Of a stretch of 64,000 bases of DNA, positions 50,846-62,869 are shown in pieces (positions within the stretch are counted from its first letter, which is position 1; every line of letters begins with the position of its first letter). The notes below the pieces were generated by a model. That model did not search any database and was not told where the DNA came from. It saw only the letters and a program-made list of their open reading frames with translations. Location of the stretch: the NCBI RefSeq assembly GCF_016433145.1, contig NC_058131.1, positions 653,406,628 to 653,470,627 on the forward strand, in the 5' to 3' direction. The position numbers and the translations under genes were made by a program. This DNA comes from Gracilinanus agilis. Its lineage: Eukaryota.

Positions 50846-52684
50846 AATCTCAAGGTTTTGTCCGAAACACTCTTCTCTCTCACTTGGCAATCTCATCCAT
50901 GTTTTTGGCTTCAGTATCATCATCTCTATGCAGATGACTCACAATCTTTTTTATTTTCCTTAGTGAATTCCCCTGTAGAGTTTTAACCATGCTTTCTCAC
51001 CTATCCTTCCTCTGAAGTCTTAGAAATTTAGTTTCCCAAAATTAAATGTGCCTGTCAAACCGTGTCTCTTCCTCTCTCACTAACTCTAATGTGGAGTGGT
51101 CACTTCCTCCTAAAGTTTCTACGTTTTTCTATCCCAGCCACCAATTTCTTCTGTTAGTAAGAAATGGATCCAGACTAGGAGCTCCTTCTGCTTCCTTCAC
51201 TTTTTATCATGATTATCACTAAGCAAGACAACATAACGGCGAAGCAGCGGCAGCACATTTCTAGACATCTGAATTTCCTAATCACCACTAGAACATGACT
51301 CCATGGCCTTGTTTGTCATTGCCCACCACACCCTGAACTCATCATTTTACTTCTATTCCAGGAGATCGGTAGCATATTCCCAGATGGACTCCACTTCTCT
51401 TTCTCCCTCTGTTGATCCCAACCTAAACGCTCTCCACCATGGTCTCCTGCCCTCCAGATCCAGTTCCTGAATTTACTCACATATAACTAAGATTTTTTTT
51501 TGATGCTCTGCCTGCACTCCTTTTATCTATTCTGTTCCTTTAAAATAAGGGTAGAGCTTTCTATAGCAATGAGATTCCAGTCGTGAGATTCATACCCAGT
51601 GAGAATAAATTTGCCTTCTTGCTTTAGAATCCATCGACTATGATTATGGCATACATTTAAATAGTTTTATAAAGTTTGTGAAGCTCATCTTATCTGATCC
51701 TCCCCATGGAAGAACAACCTTGTGAGGGAGATATAATTATTATCCTCTTTTTAGAGATGAGAAGTAGCAGACTGAGAAAGTTTAAGAGCCTTGCCAAAAG
51801 TGATACAGATGGGAAGTAGCTGAAGCAAAATTTGAACTCAGGTCTTCCTGACTGAGTCCAGTGCTGTTCAATAAGCCACAGAACTGCTTTTATTAACCAG
51901 CATGATTAAATTAATGGAAAAAAAACATTTATTAAAGACTTCCAGAGCTTAGCACAGTGCCTAGCACATAGCTTCAAAATGTTTATTGACTTGATTTAAG
52001 CATTTAACTATGTGTCAAGAACTGTGTTAAGCACTGGGAATACAAACAGAATGAGTAAGACTATCTCTACTCTCAAGGAGATAATGTACTATCTAATGTA
52101 CTTCAATGAGAAATAAGAATTAATTAAATGCCCACTTTGTGCCAAGTCCTGCAGCAGGCACCGGGGCCCTGAGGAAGCTTGTATTTTTTTCATCTAATTT
52201 AGGTGGTTACTGGTCAAAATGAACAGCTAGGTTCAAAAGAGTTTAATATCCAGGGCTCTTTCATTTTGGTATTTGTGTTTCCAGTACTTAGAACACTGAC
52301 TATCACATGCTAGATGCTTTTAAAATGCTTGGTGGCTGACTGATTGATCGTTTGAAAATTTGGATATTTCTGTTCCAGTCCCAACTCTGCCATTTGCTAA
52401 CCAATGGATTTTTGACCTTCCGCTTACCAACCAAAAGACCTTTAATATGTTACTTGCTAGCTATTTGTTAACCCTTCTGGGCTTTGGTTTCCTAATCTGT
52501 AAAATGAAGGGAAAGCTTTTTTTGTTGTTTTTGTTTTTTAATTCAGTGACTTGATGGCATCTCAGGTCCATTTGAGTGCTGGCAGTCTAGAAAAAAAAGA
52601 TTCTGTAATCACAAAATGGGAATTGAATTTGCTTGGAACTTTAACTGAATAATCTATTCAGGAAACAGAGATCTTATATCTAGA

Positions 52685-52905
52685 GAAGGGATCCTTACCA
52701 TGGGATCCATGGCCCCATGTAGAGATTTTTGAGTATCTGTGAACTTGGATGAGAAAAAGATATCTTTGCTTCCATTTACTTCAAGTGAAATTCAGCATTA
52801 GCATTTCCCTCAAGTATTTAAAAACATTTTCCTAAAACAGGGTCTATATAGGCTTTGCCAGATTACCAAAGGGGTCCACGACACAAAAAAGGTTAAGAAC
52901 TCCTT
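52685..52905 (+). mobile_element. Old hAT/Charlie4-like remnant
   Basis: ...ggctttgccagattaccaaaggggtccacgacacaaaaaaggttaagaactcc is the characteristic 3' end. Confidence 0.7.
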
Positions 52906-54619
52906 GATTTAGAGACATCAAAAGAATTTTTTTCACCTTTCTTTCACTAAATTCCTCATGAATTGTCTCTTGAGGGAATGGAGATGACCTAGGGTTCCAA
53001 GGTTCAATGAGTGAACCATAAACTAAGAATAAATGAATGGCAAATATTTGTTAAGCACTTTTCATTTGCCAAACATATAATTTACTAATGGCTGGAGATA
53101 GAAACATAGAAGCAAAAAGAATCTAGGATTTTTCATTCTACTAAAGGGAGACAACACACACAGGGAATGGTGACCAAGGAGGGACAACTTGGATGAGAAA
53201 GTTAAAGACAAGTCTGACCAGATTAGATCCCTACCTTCCAATTCTGAACTTATTGCCTTTGGTCCAAGACCCATCCTAGTTAAGATCAGAGAGATGGATT
53301 ACCCTAGAGGCTTACTCCCCAGATGATGGCTTCTTCCAAACACAATTCAAGACCATATGTGGAAACAAGGATGGGATTGTGGTCTGCATCAGGGAAAGAT
53401 GAACTCACATGGAAGAAACCACATATCTTTGATGTATCATTTATCTTTAGGCAATTTATCTCACCAAGTATGAACTTGAGAGCTGTGATTTCCATAAAGG
53501 AAAAAAATTCTTAGACAAATCACTAATCATTTTCACAGACTCCTTCAGGGAAATATTTTAATTATTTGAATGCTTTAGAGTAAAACTTGCTATTGCCATC
53601 CTTTTTATGGGTTGATTTCTTGATTGTTCCCTGTGCCTTCCATTTCCATATATCTCCATGTATAAAATGGCTAGTACAGATCAAAGAGAAATTGAATTAA
53701 AAATTCAAAACTCAGTGAGATTGACTAAGGTCTGGTTTGAGGAAGAATATTGCAGAGTGATGGAGAAGATATATGGCTTAAATGTGACATGCCCCCTGCC
53801 CTCATGGAGCTCACAACCATAAAAATCCCAAAGAAAAAAATGGTTGCCAGACCATTCTTCCATTGTGCACTCTAGGAATGTGAATCTTTTGTCTCCTGGA
53901 TTTCTAGTCGATTTGGAACCTGCTGAGTGTTTATTTGTGTATATTGATTATATTGTTACATTGTCAGTCATCGAGTATTTGGGGGGCTACTAAGGGCTAG
54001 TTACTGTTTTGTTAAATATATGCAAGATTTCAAGGTAACTGTTTTCTGAAGGTCTTGTTTTCTAATGAGTTCCCAGAGGTACAGCCAAAGAAGTATCTAA
54101 CACAGTAGCTAATCCAAGGAATCAAATCCAAGGTCTACCATTTATTAGCTGTCTGACCTTGGACAAATCATTTTTCATCAGGCTTCAGTCTGTATATCTG
54201 TAAAGTTAGGAGTTTTAACGTACAGCTTTGTTTTGCTTGATTTTGCTTATTTGTGATTTAGGAAAGTTTTTGCCTTGTTTTCTTTTATTATAAATTTGGG
54301 GAAGGATTTAGAAGAGGAAATGAGTGGTTAGGAGTAATGGAGTTAAACTTTAAAAAATAATCATCAAGGCATTTTTAATGTACAAACTAGAACAAAAGCA
54401 AGTTGAGAAAAATACAGGACATGTTGGCATGGAAGACAGAATGCTGGGCCCTGCCTTAGGAAAGTCTTAGTTCAAGCCCCATGTCTGATACTTACTGGCT
54501 ATATGACCGAGCAAGTCATTTAATCTTTCTGTGCCTTAGTTTCCTCATCTGTATAATGAAGGAGTTAAAAAAGATGTCCTGTTCAGTTTTTTTTAGCTCC
54601 AAATCTAGGACCCTAATAT

Positions 54620-55078
54620 TTTTCAATTATTTAGTTGTCTATTTGTGACCCCATTTGGGATTTTCTTTTTTTTCTCTTTTTCTCTTTTAATAACAAATTT
54701 CCACATAAGTTTTCTGACATTACATGATCCATGTTGTCTCCCTCCCTTCTTCTTCTCCCCTCCCAGAGCAGACAAGCAATTCAATATGGATTATACATGT
54801 TTTATCACATACAACAATTTATTCATTTTTATGAGTGAATAATTTTATAAAACAAAACTCCAAATCATATACCCCCATTGGGGATTTTCTTGGCAAAGAT
54901 ACGGAAGTAGTTTGCCATTTCCTTCTCCAGTTTATTTTGCAGATAAAGAAACTGAGGCAGACAGGGATAAGTGACTTACTCGGGGTCACAAAGCTAGTAA
55001 GCACCTGAGGGCAAATTTAAACACACATCTTCCTGATTCCCGACCAAGTGCTCTGTATACTGCACCACCTAACTGCCC
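54620..55078 (-). mobile_element. MAR1 SINE split by a 5'-truncated L1 insertion (54668-54872) with 19-bp TSD
   Basis: TSD ccccatttgggattttctt (54649-54667) and ccccattggggattttctt (54873-54891). The insert is homologous to the L1 end at about 19200-19400. Confidence 0.9.
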
Positions 55079-55792
55079 ATAGGATCATACAAATTTATTG
55101 CCTGTTTTTTTTAATTAAGAGAGATTTGTGATTGCATATACAATCTTCTTTTTATTTTCTTTTTTTTAAACATGGAAATGCTTATATTGGTTGTTTCTCA
55201 AGTTCAAAATAACCAAAAAAAATTATTTTTAAAAAATAAGGTGCATAGCGTGAACTCTTTAGTTTGAAGAAGAGAAAATTTGGAACACATTCCCTCTCGA
55301 CATCTGCTTCATAGGGTCCCTAGACGCCTTCAAAATTCAGAGCAGGTGCCACCTCCTACATGATTCCACATTTCCCGATTCCTGTAACATTCCCCCTCTC
55401 CCTCAAGAGAGACCGTTCTCTCTCCTGTGATTCCTTTGTATATATTTTTCATTTTCTTATCTATGAGCCGGTCTTCTTTGAAGTCCTGAGTCTATTGCAC
55501 AGCAGCACAGTGCTTTGTACTGAAAAGGAGCTTAATAAATGGCAGAAAGAAGGGGGACTGGCAGTGAGGGGGGGAATGATGATGGCAGTGGTGGTGGTTT
55601 GGTGGGAGGATTTGATAAGAGTTTCACATATTTGAAGGACTAGTTTTAAAATAAAAAGTAGACTTGTTCTGCTTTACCTGAAAAATCAGAACTAGGAGCA
55701 ATGGGTAGGGGTCAAAGGGAGGTCAATTTGCCTCCATATAGGGGAAAATTTTCTAAAATGAATTTAAAGGTTAACAAAGTAATTTAGATATA

Positions 55793-56110
55793 CAGGTATC
55801 TTTTCATATCATGGAGGATTAAAAGCTGTGCACCTCTGGGGAGCTCTTTCTATTAGGAAAAATCTACATAAAAAATGTCGGTCCTTCCTTTGTACCAAAG
55901 AAGAAGTCTTGTTTTTTTATTTTTCTTTTGGGGTGTTTACAGTACCTTAGTGCAAATTTAGTTTAAGCATTTAGTCATAGGCTATATGTAGGTCAGTGTT
56001 AAGATAGCTCTACATTTCTAACCTTTGGATGTTGTCGAATGGCTTTCAAGTTTAAATATGCTAATTCAAGAAGACTCACATATTTTCTATATTGTTTAAA
56101 TACTTTCCAT
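55793..56110 (+). mobile_element. Tigger (Tc1/mariner) DNA transposon remnant
   Basis: TA followed by caggtatcttttcatatcatggaggatt...gaaaaatctacataaaaaat...ggtccttcc, resembling a marsupial Tigger terminus. Confidence 0.5.
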
Positions 56111-57324
56111 TGGTGAAAGGTTAGATTTTTTTTTCAATAGACCAATAGTCAGTTTGCAGAATAGAAGACCAAATGATAAATCACTAAGCCATTTCCAAGC
56201 AGAAAATGAATCAATTGGCATTAGAATTGGATCAAAAATACATACATACATACATATTTATTGATGTATGTATGTATTTCTGATCCTATCTCAATGTATA
56301 TACATATATGTGTATGTATGCATATATCTAGACATAGATATAGAGATTTATTAGATTTTGAGTTCCTTGAGAGCAGAGACTATTATTTTCATCCTTTTGT
56401 ATCTCCAAAGCTTAGCACCATGCCTGGCACATAGTAGGCATTTAATAAGTAATTATACACACATATTAAATGATTTGACAAATTAAATTATTTTGACAAA
56501 CATATTTTATGCATTCATCATGGGGTGTAGTTGTTAAAGAAAGCCTCATAAAAGAGGTAGAGCATGAACTAGGCTCTGAAAAAAATACACACACATTGAA
56601 GAAATTATTCATTACAACTCTTGTAGGGAAGAAAATAGTTCAATCCTGTACACATCTGTTTCAGTCTTCTAAAATGCCTTTTAAATATATCTAGGTTTTG
56701 GACAGTAATGGGCTATGGTTTTAAGCCTGCATTGAAAGGAAAGTGGGGATGGGATGGGGCAAAGTTGAGTTTATCCCCTTGTCATGGCTCTGATCTACAG
56801 CCTGGGTTGTTTACACCATCCTCTCAAGTGGGATAGCCTCAGATTCTGTGAGTCAATGCCTTAGGGAGATTTATCTGCAGACCCCACCAGAGCTGTTCAG
56901 GAGATAATGGAACTTGAAGGATGCCTTTTTGTAAACGAGTTTGCAGTGGCTCAGGATGCTGGCCTGTGGAAGATCTCGTGTTATAGCTTGTTAAGAAGAA
57001 TGTTGGGAGGCTAGTTCTCCAGACAGTCTGCTGCCAAGCCTGATGACAAATAAAGAACTTTAGGAAGCAAAGTTAGATAATGCAACAGGTGGGTCTGATG
57101 GAAGAAACCAAACTAAAATATGGGGACAATGGAACTCTGAGAACACATAAAGACCCCAACCACTATTACTCCATACATGATTTCCAGTTTCAGATAAGCA
57201 GGAAAGTTATCTTGAGCCCCCAGAACAAGGGAGCAAAAGAAATGATAATGATTCAAGAATTAACTAGTTAAGATCTTTTTATTTAAAATACACAGTCAGG
57301 GTCATATCTTTAATCATAATGCAT

Positions 57325-57562
57325 TGGAGGACCAGTAGATAGAGTGCCAAAACTAGAGTAAGAAAGACTTGAGTTCAAATATGACCTCAGACACTTACTA
57401 GCTGTGTGACCCTGGGCAAGTCACTTAGTCCTGTTTGCCTCCATTTCCTCATCTGTAAAATGAGCTGAAGAAGGAAATGGTCAGTCGCTCTAGTATGTGA
57501 AAAGAAAACTCCAAAAAGTGGTCACAAAGAGTCAGACACTACTGAAAATGACTAAACAACCA
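57325..57562 (+). mobile_element. MAR1-type SINE
   Basis: gagttcaaatatgacctcagacacttactagctgtgtgaccctgggcaagtcac...gagctgaagaaggaaatgg...actaaacaac. Confidence 0.88.
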
Positions 57563-57924
57563 TCGTTTGGTATCAGATTGTAAAGTAGATTGTGGTAGAG
57601 AGAGGAGACTTGGCTGTAAAATAAAGAAATACTAGATGTACATTTATACTGATCCCCTCCCCTCTCCCTGCCTTTGCACTGGCTATCCTAGAATATACCT
57701 CTTCCTCACTTTTTCCTCATGAAATCTCTTCTTTTCTTTAAAACTCATCTATGACCTTCTTCTCTATGAAGGCTTTCCCGATCCCCACTGCTCAGCTGCT
57801 AGTTCCCTTCTCCCATTACCTTGTATTTATTTAATATATATTTACATGTGTATATACATGTGTAATCACATGCACATTTATAAGCGAATGTACATAGAGA
57901 TGTGTATGCAGTAAACATACATGT

Positions 57925-58430
57925 TCTTGTTCATCCTTCATTTTCAAAGGAGGCCAGTGACATCACCACATCTTAATTCATGTGTGTATTGAATTTAAGT
58001 GAGGCAGAATTGGGCAGATTTGTCAGCCTCCCTCTCTTCCAGGATCACCAAAGTCCAGTGGCAAGAAGAAAGTCAGGACAGTTGGTGATAGCCCCGGATG
58101 CAGTGCATGACCTTGGCTTCTTCCATGTCTGTCCAGCCTCTAAGCTCTCTACAGAGCCTGCTTCAGCTGCCTTCATTGGCTACTAGAATAAATTGTAACC
58201 TACTCCTTCTGCCCAGGGAAGTCTTCACGTGCTTGGGGCAGGCACCTCCCTAACTCACCGGCTGTCGCCCTCAACCTGATTTAATCTATCTGCTGCAAAG
58301 GTTTTACCAGGGTATGGCTGCCGTGCACACTATAGCTTCTTAGAGTCATGAATGAGATTTGGGTAAAAGGTACATAACGAAGGTGGATAAGCAGCCCTGA
58401 ATAGGGCTCCTCAAGATCCTAGTCCTCCCT
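57925..58430 (-). mobile_element. RTE-associated marsupial SINE (WALLSI/MAR4-like)
   Basis: gttcatccttcattttcaaaggagg...gaatttaagtgaggcaga...gtccagtggcaaga...gatgcagtgcatgaccttgg...ggtggataagcagccctgaatagggctc follows a recalled consensus. Confidence 0.65.
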
Positions 58431-58449
58431 GAACCCCCCAAATACTCCA

Positions 58450-58680
58450 CATACACATATATGTATATACTTATTCATATATGTATAAGTACAATTTATA
58501 CATATATGTATGTATATTTTCTCCTTTGTTCTTCAATGACATTTGTTGATATATAACATATATGTGTATATGCATACATTATGTATGTATAGGAATATAT
58601 CTGTACATATATATATATGTATATATATCAATTCACATACACATATACATCTATGTATGTATATACAAGCACAAACACAT
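58450..58680. repeat. Degenerate (TA)n/(CA)n low-complexity repeat
   Basis: Alternating purine-pyrimidine dinucleotides. Similar tracts at about 56240-56340 and 57835-57915. Confidence 0.9.
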
Positions 58681-59228
58681 ACAAGCTTTCCCCAAACAGA
58701 ATGTAAAAACTTTAAGGGCAGAAGTTTTCTTTTTTGTCTATGTATTCCTAGTGTCTGGCACATCATAGACATTTAACAAATGCCTGTGAACAAAATAATT
58801 TAGAGATTTTCAAATCAGCTCAAACAAATTCAAATCTGAAAGTTGAATACCATGTACAAAGGGATATTTTGTGTGTTTTGCAGACCCTGGGCTCATATGT
58901 CTAGGTGGACCAAAAAAAGATAAAAACCACAATTCTAGTGGTTAGGGGCAGGGAGGACATAGCCTGGAAGTTCAGTCTGTGATTTCAGGGTTCCTAGAAA
59001 TTCCTGGTATAGAAAGAAGTTCTCTCTGCTGATATAAACTGGCAACTTGTTTTAGGGAGTTTCCTGAGTACTGAGAGATTATTTGACTTGTCCATGGTAC
59101 CAGTTAGTATGTGTCAAAGGCAACACTTGAATCTGAGTATTCTTAATTCTAAAATCTGTGTCATTCTGCTTCCCATGAGAATTCCAGATATAGGAAACTG
59201 CTGTTGAATCACAGATGAAAATACACCA

Positions 59229-59390
59229 AGGGGACATCTAGGCTCAGTGGATAGAGTGCTCAACCTGGAGATGGGGGATTCTGGGTTCAAATTTGACCTC
59301 AGATACTTCCTAACTATGTGACCCTGGGCAAGTCACTTAGCCTCCATTACCTAACTGCTCTTCTTCCTTGGAAATGATACTGAGTTTTTT
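59229..59390 (+). mobile_element. SINE1_Mdo-like SINE, 3' truncated
   Basis: ggggacatctaggctcagtggatagag...gggttcaaatttgacctcagatacttcct...ctcttcttccttggaa. Confidence 0.8.
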
Positions 59391-59559
59391 TGTTGTTATT
59401 TTTTAATGCACCAGACTGGGAGACAGAGATTCTTGTTCAAGGAACAGATAAGAGGCCAGTGTCACTGGATCATAGAGTTATACATATATAGAGTTATAAA
59501 GCTATAAAAAACAAAACCAATCCATTATTTATGTGGAAAACCTTCAAATAAAATCATGA

Positions 59560-59780
59560 GAATGTTCCTTCCAAGGCTACTCATCTCCAGGCTGGGCATC
59601 CCTACCTCTGTCAATTATTTCTCATAGGAAAGGTTTTGTGTCCTTCCCTGTCCCAGTCACTGATTTCTTAATGTGATCTAGTTTATCAAGGTTCCTTCTG
59701 AAATGTGGCAATCTCAAATGAATTCAACACCCTGGGTGTTGTCTGACTAGAGAAAAGTAGAGCAGGAGCTACATATATTC
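59560..59780 (-). mobile_element. CR1/L3 remnant, antisense
   Basis: tctccaggctgggcatccct...ttccttctgaaatgtggcaatctcaaatgaattcaacacc. Confidence 0.6.
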
Positions 59781-60507
59781 AGAGCTATAATTAGAATAGA
59801 ATGATCAGGGCTTTGAACCAGGGTTTCCTGGTTCAAAGGCATTGGGCAGCACTTGTAATATTTTGGCGGTGTAGTAACAGAAGAGATTAGTTCTCGGTTA
59901 GCAAGAATTTTTAAATTTTTTTGGTCTGAATTCTTGTTTTCATTAGGGTAGAAATTACCTCCAAAAATGCAAATTGGCAACCCTCAAGAACTTATGATCT
60001 TAGAAAGTTGCCATGGCCACATAGAGGCTATCTAACTTGGCCGTGATCACATAGCCCAAGTGAATCAGAGACAGGACATGACCTATATCTTCCAGACTCG
60101 TATAGCCAGACATATCCACCAAAACACACTCCTTCTCTTTTAGCCAGAATATCTCATTACAGAAAGATGCTACCACATCACTTCCCAGATGGTCAGCTTT
60201 TGCTCTACTTTGTCCTATTCTTTTCCTCTGACTCCCTAGTAGCAGCCTTAAGCTGTTGTCCCAGGGCTTCTGACCTTACCTTGGGTCAGTGTCTTATCTC
60301 CTTCCTGCCTACCTGCTTTCATCTAAAGGCATGTGTCAGTTTCCCCTTTTGCTGTTCATGGTGACTACCTTGTATGGAAAAGTTCTGCTTATCACTTTGC
60401 TACTGCTTCCCCATCTCCTTTTTTGTTTGTTTGTTTGAACAATATACTTATATTAAAAAAGAAAGAGTTTCCCTAAGCTTTCAGAGTAGCCACATTATCC
60501 TTTAGAC

Positions 60508-60716
60508 CAGGGGTTGGCAACCTTTTTGGCTGTGAGAACCATAAACGCCAAATTTTTAAAAATGTAATTTCATGAGAGCCGTACAGTGCTCACAGTGCGC
60601 GCTCCTGTAACAGCGCCTGAAAAAAAAATGGACTTTATGGCTCCTGCAGAAAGAGCCATATCTGGCCCTCAAAAGAGCCAGATATGGCTCGAGAGCCATA
60701 TGTTGCCGACCCCCTG
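60508..60716. mobile_element. Intact young non-autonomous hAT MITE, 209 bp
   Basis: TIRs CAGGGGTTGGCAAC and GTTGCCGACCCCCTG. 8-bp TSD ctttagac (60500-60507) and cttcagac (60717-60724). 7 CpGs retained. Confidence 0.93.
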
Positions 60717-61589
60717 CTTCAGACTCTAAAATTCTGTGACCTTTTCTTAGGAATTACTGTCCCGCCATTGCCTAATCTCAAGATGTAACCATGCAGTCAT
60801 CTTTGTGACTAGTTCATTTCTTGTTTTGTTGTCTTTCTTTCTCTTGATCATTGGTTTTCAAAACTAACTTTTCTACCTACCCTGTGGTAAATGGTTTCAC
60901 AATGCACTCTTGTCTCACTGACACTTAGCAAAACACATGGCTAATGAACTAATGGGAATTAGGACAAAGGGGGTGGGGAGACTCAAAGTCAGAGACTATT
61001 GATTGTGATGGGGGCCATTCTTGGGAAGGAAAAAGCACTAAATGTAGAGAGATTGATGTGTCCATGCACATCACTTAGGCCTTATTACTGACCTGGCTGG
61101 ATGCTAAATTAAATGAAGAATTAAATCATCCAAAACCACCACAGAATAATATATATCATATCTGAGTAAACAGTAGAAATGGCACAAGTATTCAGATATA
61201 AACACATACATGGAAAGCCTGATCAAAATAAATATCAGAAAGTTAAAGACTGCTAATCATGATTAGGGATGTGCATAGCTCTGAATTCTAGAAAAGTGAC
61301 CACCGGATTTGTTGAGATAAGAATCACCATCCCTGAACAATAAACATTATGAACAGCACTGAAATGCTTACTAATTTCAGCTAAGATATGACCCCTACTT
61401 TGAAGTAGTTAATAAACTAATGGTAAATAAAATATTCAAGGATAATGAACAATTTCATATCATAAATTAGAGAGTGACAGAACAAGATGTTATATAAATT
61501 CTGAGGAGGAAGGTTTTAATGAGCAGGGAAAATCAGGGAAGATTTGCTGTTAGAGTTAGTATTTGAAGTGGGCTTTTAAGTAGGAAGTA

Positions 61590-61790
61590 GGGGGCAGCTA
61601 GATGACTCAGTGGATAGCCTGGACATGGGAGTGGTGATCCTGGGTTCAAATCTTGCCTCATGCACTTCCAAGTTGTGTGTCCCAAGGCAAATCACTTAAC
61701 CCCAATTCCTATCCCTTACAGTTCTTCTGCCTTGGAACTCATACTTAGTATCAGTTCTAAGACAGAAGAAAATGGTTTTTATAAATAAAG
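61590..61790 (+). mobile_element. Full-length SINE1_Mdo-like SINE
   Basis: gggggcagctagatgactcagtggatag...cttctgccttggaactcatacttagtatcagttctaagacagaag. Confidence 0.88.
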
Positions 61791-62029
61791 TATAAGGAAG
61801 AATTCACAAAGTGGTGATTAAGAGAAGAATATTCTAGGGATAGGGACCAATGTGAACAAAGAGAAAGAGGTTTGAAATCATAGTGACTTTGAGGAAATGA
61901 GATGAAGTTGATGAATTTTTGGCTACAATACGGAGAGCATATGTGGAAATGTTAAAAGAAGATATAAGGCCAAATGTTACAAAATAAAATTTAAAAGAGA
62001 TATGCAAAAACCTACATTAAGGTTCAAAC

Positions 62030-62400
62030 AATCAGCTTCAGAAGTATAAGATATAGAAGAAGTAGGGCTCTTCAGTAAGTTACGAGAGACAGATCAAGGT
62101 GTTTTGGTGGACTCTAAAACAACTAGGAGTCAACAATATCACATGATGGGTGAAAGTAAAATCAATGAAATCTCGAGCTACCTTAAGACAACTTTCTAAT
62201 AGTGTTTAGAATAGGGAATTAAGATTTCTGATTCATTTTGACCTGGTAAGACAATGACCAGAGTATAATGATGTTTTCCAAAATTATTTTGAAAGCACAT
62301 AGAGAAGCTAAATTATGTTCAGAGGAAAGGACCATTCCACATGAAGATCAGTTGAAGGAAATACCTGGAGAAGATAAAAATTTAGAAGATATTAAATGCA
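62030..62400 (+). mobile_element. CR1/L3 remnant
   Basis: ggtgttttggtggactctaa...gagtcaacaatat...gacctggtaagac...tgttcagagga...cacatgaagatcagttgaaggaa. Confidence 0.6.
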
Positions 62401-62869
62401 AAAGTGGCCAACCAGGGGTACTAAGCTGGGTATGAAGGTAAGTGAAACTAGAGTAATTATGATGGACTTAGATAACTGGGATAGAGGAAAGGTCTGTAGT
62501 TGTCAATAAGGGAAAAGATTAAATTTAGTGTGAATAGATTCGGAGAGGTAAGATAGGAGATTATGGTCTGAGGGTGGAGTTTTATACTTCTACACTTTGA
62601 AGGTGATGCAATTCTGTGTGATAACTGATATCCATAGTGTGACATTCTTCATGTGTGGCTGAAGAGAAGGAAGGTGAATAGGATGAAGAATCATGTGTTC
62701 AGATTCTTACAGGAACTGTGAATATTGAAGTCCATGGATGATGGCAGGGAGTGGAGAAGAAGACATGAACTTAACCATGTCATTGAAACAGTTAAAGAAA
62801 AGACCTTAATGGTAGTAGATAATGTAATGCAGAGATGCAATCAAGGCATTTACCCTTGCAAAACCTAAC

